A stretch of DNA of 61,044 nucleotides. It comes from Candidatus Zambryskibacteria bacterium RIFOXYD1_FULL_40_13 (GTDB lineage Bacteria; Patescibacteriota; Minisyncoccia; Phycocordibacterales; DATDWN01). The notes below the pieces were generated by a model that saw only the letters and a program-made list of their open reading frames with translations, had not been told where the DNA came from and searched no databases. Location: positions 304 through 61,347 of the forward strand of contig MHWY01000005.1 of the NCBI GenBank assembly GCA_001824295.1, read 5' to 3'. Below are positions 44,366 to 51,764 of this stretch, piece after piece. The position numbers and the translations under genes were made by a program. Each line of letters starts with the position of its first letter. Position 1 is the first letter of the stretch.

Positions 44366-44824
44366 ATGCAGGAACGTTTTAAAATAATCCCAGAAGTTTT
44401 TCTTTTATTCATTAGGGATGGAAAAATCTTGTTGTCTCGACGTTTTAACACGGGCTATGAAGACGGTAACTACGGGCTTCCAGCGGGCCATGGTGAGTTT
44501 GGTGAGACAATGCGAGAGGGGTGTGCACGGGAGACGCTTGAGGAAATCGGTGTGACGATTCAGCCTGAAGACCTAGAGTTTGCTCTGACACAGCACAGGT
44601 GGTGTCCAAATTCCGACAGTCCACATTCGAGAGTTGGATTTTACTTTGTTCCTAAGAAATACGAGGGTGAACCACATAATATGGAGCTAGATAGGTGTGA
44701 TGATTTGAGTTTTTTTCCGCTTGATAATTTACCACCAAATGTTGTTGACCACGTATATTCAGCCATCGAAGCGTATAAGGCAGGTAGGAAGTATGATGAG
44801 TTTGATTGGGATAAACGCAAATAG
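44366..44824 (+). CDS. NUDIX hydrolase
   Basis: Nudix box GHGEFGETMREGCARETLEEIGV. Confidence 0.8.
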   Translation: MQERFKIIPEVFLLFIRDGKILLSRRFNTGYEDGNYGLPAGHGEFGETMREGCARETLEEIGVTIQPEDLEFALTQHRWCPNSDSPHSRVGFYFVPKKYEGEPHNMELDRCDDLSFFPLDNLPPNVVDHVYSAIEAYKAGRKYDEFDWDKRK

Positions 44825-44934
44825 AATATAGGAAACAAGGGAAATGGCGGGAGTATTAATCTTCTAGAAATTTGGTGTATAATTAACTTAGCTGGAATTC
44901 TTTCTGACAAATTAATAAATTAACTTATTACACT

Positions 44935-45285
44935 ATGGTTTGTGAAAAATGTGGAAATCCAATAAAAGATGAAGACAGGTTTTGCACTTATTGTGGTGAG
45001 CCTGTATCTAAGGTAAATCAGGAGACTCAGCAGAGAAACCTAAATCTTGATGAAAAATGGTGGACCAGGTTTTCCAAAGTGCTAAACATTACTCTGTATA
45101 TTCCACTGCTCATAATAATTTATATTGTTTGGAGTTTGAACAGCACTACTCTCGTCGGTTCACTTTTTGGCGAATACGAGTACAAAAACACATACGGAAA
45201 GGCTTTCTGGTACTCGTTTATTGTTGTTTTAATTTACGTGGCGATAATGAGAATAGCTAGAAAACTGCTTAATAATAATTTTTAA
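44935..45285 (+). CDS. Zinc-ribbon membrane protein (hypothetical)
   Basis: CEKCGNPI...FCTYCG followed by two TM helices. Confidence 0.5.
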   Translation: MVCEKCGNPIKDEDRFCTYCGEPVSKVNQETQQRNLNLDEKWWTRFSKVLNITLYIPLLIIIYIVWSLNSTTLVGSLFGEYEYKNTYGKAFWYSFIVVLIYVAIMRIARKLLNNNF

Positions 45286-45368
45286 ACTTTTTGTCGCAAT
45301 AATTTGTGTGAATAATGTTGTATTGTCTTTCTTTTTGCCCCGAAATGAGGTAGAGTGGTCTCTTGATG

Positions 45369-45433
45369 CCCAGTAGTAGAAGTTGGCATTGTGCCAAAGG
45401 CACACAAAAACAGATGCCAACTTCACTACTGGG
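45369..45433. repeat. Palindromic MITE-like element M1 (GTAGTGAA family, inverted orientation)
   Basis: CCCAGTAGTAGAAGTTGGCAT ... ATGCCAACTTCACTACTGGG. Confidence 0.7.
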
Positions 45434-45460
45434 CTATCCGGTAGTGAAAATGACATTGAT

Positions 45461-45530
45461 CCAGTAGTGAATTTTGACATCGTGCTACGCACCGTCCGCA
45501 AGTGCGGACAATGTCAAAGTCTACTACTGG
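45461..45530. repeat. Palindromic MITE-like element M3
   Basis: CCAGTAGTGAATTTTGACAT ... ATGTCAAAGTCTACTACTGG, with an internal hairpin GTCCGC-aagt-GCGGAC. Confidence 0.7.
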
Positions 45531-45610
45531 ATTGAATACGTAATAAATAACAAACATGATAAGGTCGAAATTAGAAATAGATAATATTAAAATAACATTC
45601 TGCTCATAGA

Positions 45611-45679
45611 CCCAGTAGTGAATTTTGGCATAGGGCTTTGCCCAGCACATTATGTGCAATGCCAAAATCTACTACTGGG
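45611..45679. repeat. Palindromic MITE-like element M4
   Basis: CCCAGTAGTGAATTTTGGCAT ... ATGCCAAAATCTACTACTGGG. Confidence 0.7.
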
Positions 45680-45705
45680 AGAGCTATGTCATTTTTCACT
45701 ACTGG

Positions 45706-47157
45706 ATGGCAAAAGATGAAACAATAATAAATTTTGATAATGTCTTCTTTAGTTTTGGAATAAAGAAACCGATTTTGAATGAAGCAAGCTTTACTGTAAG
45801 GCGAGGGGTAAAGGTGACTATCATGGGACAAAACGGTGCTGGCAAGAGCACTCTTTTTGGCCTTATCTCGGGAGACCACAAACCCGAAGAAGGCAAGATA
45901 CATATTGGACAGGGATTGAGTATCGCTATGTCTCGTCAGGTAATACCGCGCTCTCAGATGGATATGACAATACGAGAGTTTTTTCAGAATTGTTTCCAAA
46001 AAAAGGTTTATGATATTGATCCCAGGATAGATACTGTTTTGGAGGCGGTAAACTTTGATGCACCAAAGGATAGAATAATAAAAACTTTTTCTGGTGGACA
46101 GCAGGCAAGACTCCTTCTGGCTTCTGCACTTATACAAGACCCGGACATATTGCTTTTGGACGAGCCAACAAACAACTTGGATAAAGAGGGTATAGCGCAC
46201 TTAACAAAATTTCTTGTTGATTACAAGAAAACGTGTCTCGTCATTTCCCATGATTCCGATTTTCTAAACGCTTTTACACACGGGGTTTTGTATTTGGATA
46301 TTTTCACAAAGAAGATAGAGCAGTATGTGGGGGACTATTTTGACGTGGTGGCAGAAATCTCTGCTAGGATAGAAAAGGAGAATAGAAAAAATGCTCAACT
46401 AGCCAAGGAGATTCAGCTTAATAAAGACAAAGCAAACTTTTTTGCAAACAAGGGTGGTCAGATGCGACTTGTTGCTCGTAGGATGCGAGACAAGGCAGAA
46501 GAGCTAGAGGAGGAGAAGGTTGACGTGAGACGGGAGGATAAAACCATAAGGCCCTTCGTCATACCCGTACAGCCAGATATAAATGGAGACATCATAAAGA
46601 TTACTTCCTTCTCCATGTTCAAAAACCACAAGGCAGTAGCTAGGAAGGCGAATGTGGTGTTGAGGAAGAAAGAGCACTTGCTTTTGACTGGTCCAAACGG
46701 TATCGGCAAAAGTACTCTTCTTGAGGCGTTGGCTAGTGGTACTGCCAAGGGGACCGAGATTGCTCCTGGGATTAAGGTTGGATACTACAGACAAGATTTT
46801 TCTACACTAAACTTTGAGGACACGGTTCATGATTCTCTCATGAGTGTTATGGAAGAGCAGGTTGAGGAGAGTTTGCGTTCGACAGCATCTGGGTTTTTGC
46901 TCAATGGGGATTTGATGAATACTAAGATTGGCAGTCTATCGGAGGGGCAGAAGGGGCTTGTGGCCTTCGCTAGACTGGTGTTGCAGAAGCCGGGGCTTCT
47001 TATACTAGATGAACCAACCAACCATATTAACTTCAGACACATTCCTTTTATTGCAAAGGCCTTGGATGGCTATGAGGGAGCAATGATACTTGTTTCCCAT
47101 GTGCCAGAATTTGTAAAACAAATTCGCATTGACGAAATCTTTCCGCTTGATAAGTAG
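45706..47157 (+). CDS. ABC-F family ATPase (two ABC domains, no TM domain)
   Basis: Two Walker A motifs (GQNGAGKST, GPNGIGKST) and two signatures (FSGGQQAR, LSEGQKG). Start taken at MAKDETIINF, immediately after the M2 right arm. Confidence 0.85.
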   Translation: MAKDETIINFDNVFFSFGIKKPILNEASFTVRRGVKVTIMGQNGAGKSTLFGLISGDHKPEEGKIHIGQGLSIAMSRQVIPRSQMDMTIREFFQNCFQKKVYDIDPRIDTVLEAVNFDAPKDRIIKTFSGGQQARLLLASALIQDPDILLLDEPTNNLDKEGIAHLTKFLVDYKKTCLVISHDSDFLNAFTHGVLYLDIFTKKIEQYVGDYFDVVAEISARIEKENRKNAQLAKEIQLNKDKANFFANKGGQMRLVARRMRDKAEELEEEKVDVRREDKTIRPFVIPVQPDINGDIIKITSFSMFKNHKAVARKANVVLRKKEHLLLTGPNGIGKSTLLEALASGTAKGTEIAPGIKVGYYRQDFSTLNFEDTVHDSLMSVMEEQVEESLRSTASGFLLNGDLMNTKIGSLSEGQKGLVAFARLVLQKPGLLILDEPTNHINFRHIPFIAKALDGYEGAMILVSHVPEFVKQIRIDEIFPLDK

Positions 47158-47179
47158 GTTGGTGTTTTCATAGCTACTC

Positions 47180-47575
47180 ATGAAAAGAATATTCAAGCTT
47201 TATTTCAGGAGAGTAAAAAGAAGAAGAACAAGAAAAACTCCAGGTAGAGCGGAGTTTCTTTTGCTCAAGGAAACAGCAAGAAAACTTGTGAAGGAAAGAC
47301 TTGAGTACTGGAATATGCACTATAAGTTCCGGTATGTGAGGGTTAGTATCAGAAACCAGAGAAGTCGGTGGGGAAGTTGTTCAAAGAGTGGCAACCTAAA
47401 TTTCAATTTCAGAATAGCAACTCTCCCTCCGAATCTTGTAGACTATATTATTGTTCACGAGTTGTGTCATTTGGGCGAGTTTAACCACTCTGAAAAGTTT
47501 TGGAACTTGGTTGCACAAAAAATTCCAGACTATGCTGAACTGAGGGCTGAATTAAAAAAGATTAGAATATCTTAA
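47180..47575 (+). CDS. YgjP/DUF45-type zinc metallopeptidase-like protein (short)
   Basis: HELCHLGEFNHSEKFW motif. At 131 aa it is shorter than I remember for this family. Confidence 0.55.
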   Translation: MKRIFKLYFRRVKRRRTRKTPGRAEFLLLKETARKLVKERLEYWNMHYKFRYVRVSIRNQRSRWGSCSKSGNLNFNFRIATLPPNLVDYIIVHELCHLGEFNHSEKFWNLVAQKIPDYAELRAELKKIRIS

Positions 47576-47625
47576 GTCCCGCCCGAGATATCTTTTATCT
47601 CTTTTTGGTGTATACTATGCTTTAT

Positions 47626-47736
47626 ATGGCAAAAAGAGCAGCAACAAATACAAAAAACAAAACTTCGCGTTCAAAAAAAACAAAGAAGAGACTAGAAATC
47701 AAGCGACTGATGCTTCTTGCAAAACGCAAGAAATAA
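47626..47736 (+). CDS. Possible very basic 36-aa peptide
   Basis: MAKRAATNTKNKTSRSKKTKKRLEIKRLMLLAKRKK, preceded by a TGTATACT -10-like box. Too short for the ORF track. Confidence 0.2.
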   Translation: MAKRAATNTKNKTSRSKKTKKRLEIKRLMLLAKRKK

Positions 47737-47910
47737 TCTTTGTTGACAAAATATGTTTTATAGTATATTATTGGTGAGTAACTAAATCTCACTAGTTTTT
47801 CTTTTGGGACTTGGGGTCCCGATACCAAATTAGTCTTGTATCTGTGACACTACTTGTTACACCTAATCTACCAGGCGATAGCCGTAGGTATTTCTAATTC
47901 AAAATAATTT

Positions 47911-49197
47911 ATGTATGCAAGCACACATTCTTTGTCGCGTTCACCTAGGCGTCCAGCTAGTTCTGGTACGAGGACTTTTGCGCGTAAATCCTTTCCTGGC
48001 AGTAGACCAGGAGGGTCAGGCAGGTCGCGTTTCGGTGGCTCCTCTCGTGGTACTGGTGGGGGATTTAGTCGTGGTGGGAGACGTGGCAAGAGCGAGAGAA
48101 TAGATATTTCCCGTTTTGTGAATAAGGTGACCATAACAGAAGATGCTATGCATTTTACACCCGACAACACCTTCCAGACTTTTCTTATTGATGAGAGTAT
48201 AAAAAACACTATTACAGCCAAAGGATATATTTTGCCGACACCTATACAGGATAAAGCTATACCACAAATTCTTTCTGGCAAAGATGTTGTCGGTATTGCC
48301 AATACTGGTACAGGCAAGACAGCGGCTTTTCTCATACCACTTATACACAAGATTATACTGAACCGAAAGGAGCAGGTGATGATAATAGTACCGACACGCG
48401 AGTTGGCTATTCAGATAGATACCGAGCTAAGACAGTTTGTACAAGGCATGAGAATGTTTTCTGTCTGTTGCGTTGGTGGTGCCCCTATCAGCAAACAAAT
48501 AAGAGATTTGCGATATGAGTATAATTTTATTATTGGAACCCCTGGGAGAATAAAGGACTTGCTTGACCGCAAGATGATTCGTCTAAATGAGTTTGGGACG
48601 ATTGTTCTTGATGAGGCAGACAGGATGCTTGATATGGGTTTTGTAAATGATATGCGGGCTATAATGTCTGGCATGCCAAAGAACAGGCAAACACTTTTCT
48701 TCTCTGCTACTCTTTCTCAGGAAATTGAAAAACTTATCGGGGAGTTTCTACATGAGCCAGTAAGAATTTCTGTCAAAACACAAGACACATCAAAAAATGT
48801 GGACCAAGATATTGTCCGCGTGCAAAACGGAAAGGAAAAGATAGATATTCTACATGACCTATTAAACCAAAAGGAACTAACAAAGGTCTTGATTTTCGGT
48901 CGGACTAAACACGGGGTTGAGAAACTATCTCAAGTGCTAACAAAAAGGGGTTTCAGAGCCGAGTCTATTCACGGAGACAAGAATCAGGGTGGAAGACAGC
49001 AAGCTCTCAGACTGTTCAAGGATAACAAAATTCAGATACTTGTGGCTACAGATGTGGCTGCTAGGGGACTTGATATCGCTGATGTAAGCCATGTTATTAA
49101 CTATGATATTCCTGCTACACATGACGACTATGTGCACCGTATTGGCCGTACTGGTCGTGCGGGCAAGCTCGGCAAGGCACTAACCTTTGTGGATTAA
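47911..49197 (+). CDS. DEAD-box RNA helicase with an N-terminal Arg/Gly/Ser-rich extension
   Basis: Q motif, GTGKTA, DEAD (VLDEAD), SAT and HRIGRTGR motifs. About 65 N-terminal residues are RG/S-rich. Confidence 0.9.
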   Translation: MYASTHSLSRSPRRPASSGTRTFARKSFPGSRPGGSGRSRFGGSSRGTGGGFSRGGRRGKSERIDISRFVNKVTITEDAMHFTPDNTFQTFLIDESIKNTITAKGYILPTPIQDKAIPQILSGKDVVGIANTGTGKTAAFLIPLIHKIILNRKEQVMIIVPTRELAIQIDTELRQFVQGMRMFSVCCVGGAPISKQIRDLRYEYNFIIGTPGRIKDLLDRKMIRLNEFGTIVLDEADRMLDMGFVNDMRAIMSGMPKNRQTLFFSATLSQEIEKLIGEFLHEPVRISVKTQDTSKNVDQDIVRVQNGKEKIDILHDLLNQKELTKVLIFGRTKHGVEKLSQVLTKRGFRAESIHGDKNQGGRQQALRLFKDNKIQILVATDVAARGLDIADVSHVINYDIPATHDDYVHRIGRTGRAGKLGKALTFVD

Positions 49198-49231
49198 GTG
49201 CTAGTTTTCAAAAGTGATATAATTGGTGTTA

Positions 49232-49777
49232 ATGAAGGCCTTTTTCCTTAAAAACTTTTTGAAAAACTGGAAAGAGGTTGGGTCAATTACTCCCAGCTCT
49301 CGTTTTTTGACTTCGAAAATGCTGAAGCACATCAATTTTCTAGAAGTCTCAATGATAGTCGAGCTTGGTCCTGGGACCGGGGTATTCACAAGGGAAATGC
49401 TAAGTAGAATGAAACCAGAGGCAGAACTAATCGCTCTAGAAACTAACAGTAATTTCTTTGATCTTCTAAGGGAAATCAAAGACTCACGCCTCACACTCTC
49501 TGAAGTATCCGCAGGAGACTTGTCTTCTGTCTTGGGTGGTAAAAAAGTAGACGCTATTGTTTCTGGTATACCATTTTCTGCTATAAAAAAAGAGGTTAGA
49601 GAAAAAATGCTTTATGAGATAAAAGATAATATAAAGGAAGGGGGGATATTTATACAGTTTCAATACTCCCTAGACTTACACAAACTTCTGAATAAAATAT
49701 TTGAAAATAATGTAAAACTTGATTTTGTCCCTCTGAATGTTCCTCCGGCGTTTGTCTATACATGTAAAGTAAAATAA
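49232..49777 (+). CDS. Class I SAM-dependent methyltransferase
   Basis: GSITPSSRFL...VELGPGTGVFT motif. ATG lies 8 nt after TATAAT (49218-49223). Confidence 0.65.
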   Translation: MKAFFLKNFLKNWKEVGSITPSSRFLTSKMLKHINFLEVSMIVELGPGTGVFTREMLSRMKPEAELIALETNSNFFDLLREIKDSRLTLSEVSAGDLSSVLGGKKVDAIVSGIPFSAIKKEVREKMLYEIKDNIKEGGIFIQFQYSLDLHKLLNKIFENNVKLDFVPLNVPPAFVYTCKVK

Positions 49778-49787
49778 AAATATATGA

Positions 49788-49826
49788 GAAAACCGGCCTC
49801 CGCTCGAAGCGAAGACCGGCCTTTTG
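49788..49826. terminator. GC-rich bidirectional terminator between convergent genes
   Basis: gaaaaCCGGCCTCCGCT-cga-AGCGAAGACCGGcctttt, 10/12 paired. Confidence 0.55.
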
Positions 49827-49852
49827 TTGTGCGAGGGAACGAACTGTCTACT

Positions 49853-50644
49853 CTACCGGATGGGAAGCCTCGTGCGCTTCACCTTCCTGGCGCAGGTCTG
49901 GAGTGACGCGAACACGATGTTCGCATTCTCCTCATCCGACACCTGGGTCAGGATGCAGGTCCAGCCACCGACGGGCAGTCCTGCAGAGACCTCAGCCAGG
50001 GGCGACTGGACGCGGATCTTGAGCCCCTTCGCGAGTGTCACGGTCTTCTCGCCCAACCCATACTGGGTCGAGAACCAGTTTTCCGCCGACCCAGACACCA
50101 TGTGTTGGACCTTGACTGTGCGACCCTCGCTGTACGGCCCCATCCAGATGTTCATGCTGGACCGGAATGCCCCGCCCTCTTCCGGGATGTCAATCAGCGT
50201 CTTGCCCACGACTTTCGCCTGGACAGGCGAGTATTCAAGGACCACGTCCTCGGTCTGGTACGACACCCCGTCGTAGTTGAACTTCAGCCGGGTGATCATC
50301 GTTCCGCGTGCCCAGACCGACAGGTAGTACTCGCCGGCGCGGAGGGGTGTCGAGGTGGACGTCCCATCGGAGAGGTACACTGTTTCGTACCAGTACCATC
50401 CCTGACCGTTCTCGTACGTGCATCCCTGGCCGACGTCTGAACCGTTATACCAACAGCTCCCGACCCACTGCATGTCCCCCCACTCGTTGATACGGGAGAG
50501 CTCCGTGCTGACGCCGTCCTTGACGGACGACATTGGCACCATGCCCCCGTTGAGAACGGAGAAGCTGATGTCAGCGGACGCCGGCGACGTCGACACGATG
50601 AGTACGAGCACGAGCAGGATGGCTGTCAGGCGGAGCGTTTTCAT
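49853..50644 (-). CDS. Secreted hypothetical protein encoded in a GC-rich islet
   Basis: 263 aa with signal peptide MKTLRLTAILLVLVLIVSTSPASA. AGAGG lies 6 nt upstream of the ATG. Other ORFs here are frame shadows of high GC. Confidence 0.6.
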   Translation of the reverse strand: MKTLRLTAILLVLVLIVSTSPASADISFSVLNGGMVPMSSVKDGVSTELSRINEWGDMQWVGSCWYNGSDVGQGCTYENGQGWYWYETVYLSDGTSTSTPLRAGEYYLSVWARGTMITRLKFNYDGVSYQTEDVVLEYSPVQAKVVGKTLIDIPEEGGAFRSSMNIWMGPYSEGRTVKVQHMVSGSAENWFSTQYGLGEKTVTLAKGLKIRVQSPLAEVSAGLPVGGWTCILTQVSDEENANIVFASLQTCARKVKRTRLPIR

Positions 50645-50814
50645 GTTGACCTCTGTGTCAGTGTGCTTGCGGAATACCCCTTATTTCAGGCTGAAATTTG
50701 GTAATATTCGCAATTCGTTGTATATATTAGCACATTACAGTGTAAAAGTCAAGTGAGGTATGGCCATAATTTGTTCACCTTTGTTTTTGGTGATAATAAG
50801 TATAAAATGAAGAT

Positions 50815-51708
50815 ATGAAAAAAATACTTATATTGCTAGTTATTTTGGTTATTATTTTTATGGGCTTTCTTCTTTTTATGGGCAAATCTGAGAAAATTAG
50901 TGGTGAAGACTATTTAAACACAACATATAAAGTTGAGGGGGTTGAAGTTAAACTTACAAATGGAAAATCAGAGGTGGAGGTAGTCCCTGGCTCGGCTTCT
51001 AAGGTGGTTACACAATATTTCGGCAATGCAGTGAAAAGTGATTTGGATGATGATGGCCGAGAGGACATTGCTTTCATTCTGACACAGCAAACTGGAGGCA
51101 GTGGCACATTTTATTATGTGGTAGCTTCTCTCAACAAGGAGAGTGGGTATGTTGGTTCAGATGCTGTCTTGCTTGGAGACCGCATAGCACCCCAGACAAC
51201 CCACATGGGTAATGGAAATGTCATTGTGGTTAATTATGTAGACAGAAAACCGGGTGAAAGTTTTGAAGTGCGACCTTCGGAAGGAAAAAGTTTGTGGCTT
51301 TTGCTTGATCCCAAGACTATGCAGTTCGGTCAAGTTGCACAGGATTTTGAAGGAGAGGCCAATCCAGATATCATGACCCTTGATATGAATGTTTGGAGAT
51401 GGATAAGCACAAAATACAGTGATGGAAGAGAGGTTAAACCAAATGGCACAAAACCTTTTTCTCTTACTATGGAAAAAGATAAAACTTTCTCAGTCTCTAC
51501 GGACTGTAACGGGGTTGGTGGTGAGTATATTGTAAAAGACAAACAAATATCGTTTACAAAAATGGTTTCAACTCTGATGTACTGCGAGAATTCTCAAGAG
51601 TCAGAGTTTACACAAATGCTTGGCGAGGCTCAAAGCTATCAGTTTACCAGCAAGGGGGAGCTCATTTTTAGCTTAAAGTCTGGTGGCGGGTCAATGATTT
51701 TCAGGTAA
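50815..51708 (+). CDS. Membrane-anchored protein with a C-terminal META (HslJ-like) domain
   Basis: N-terminal TM helix. C-terminus WRWIST...FSLTMEKDKTFSVSTDCNGVGGEY...ISFTKMVSTLMYC fits the META pattern. Confidence 0.6.
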   Translation: MKKILILLVILVIIFMGFLLFMGKSEKISGEDYLNTTYKVEGVEVKLTNGKSEVEVVPGSASKVVTQYFGNAVKSDLDDDGREDIAFILTQQTGGSGTFYYVVASLNKESGYVGSDAVLLGDRIAPQTTHMGNGNVIVVNYVDRKPGESFEVRPSEGKSLWLLLDPKTMQFGQVAQDFEGEANPDIMTLDMNVWRWISTKYSDGREVKPNGTKPFSLTMEKDKTFSVSTDCNGVGGEYIVKDKQISFTKMVSTLMYCENSQESEFTQMLGEAQSYQFTSKGELIFSLKSGGGSMIFR

Positions 51709-51764
51709 CATTTTTTGAATTAGTTTTTTTGCACGACATCATCTAAAGATGTTATTATGTATAG

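Larger units (their letters stand above)
45438..45705. repeat. Palindromic element M2, whose arms enclose M3 and M4
   Basis: CCGGTAGTGAAAATGACAT (45438-45456) pairs with ATGTCATTTTTCACTACTGG (45686-45705). Confidence 0.6.

Noticed and set aside
45369-45705. Considered whether the closely spaced repeats at 45.4-45.7 kb form a CRISPR array.
   Set aside because: The repeats occur as inverted pairs (hairpin arms) with variable, nested spacing rather than as direct repeats with uniform spacers. No cas genes or leader are present in the window.
45604-46200. 198-aa minus-strand ORF antisense to the ABC-F gene, and similar antisense ORFs elsewhere (for example 18818-19270, 19602-19927, 16301-16876, 8366-9001).
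   Set aside because: They are antisense to strongly supported conserved genes, have low-complexity or odd composition, and carry no recognisable motifs.
49824-50756. Multiple overlapping ORFs in the GC-rich islet (49824-50276+, 50102-50440+, 50235-50423-, 50308-50490+, 50418-50756+).
   Set aside because: Scarcity of stop codons in high-GC DNA produces shadow ORFs. Only the minus-strand 49853-50644 frame has a signal peptide, a Shine-Dalgarno sequence and a terminator.
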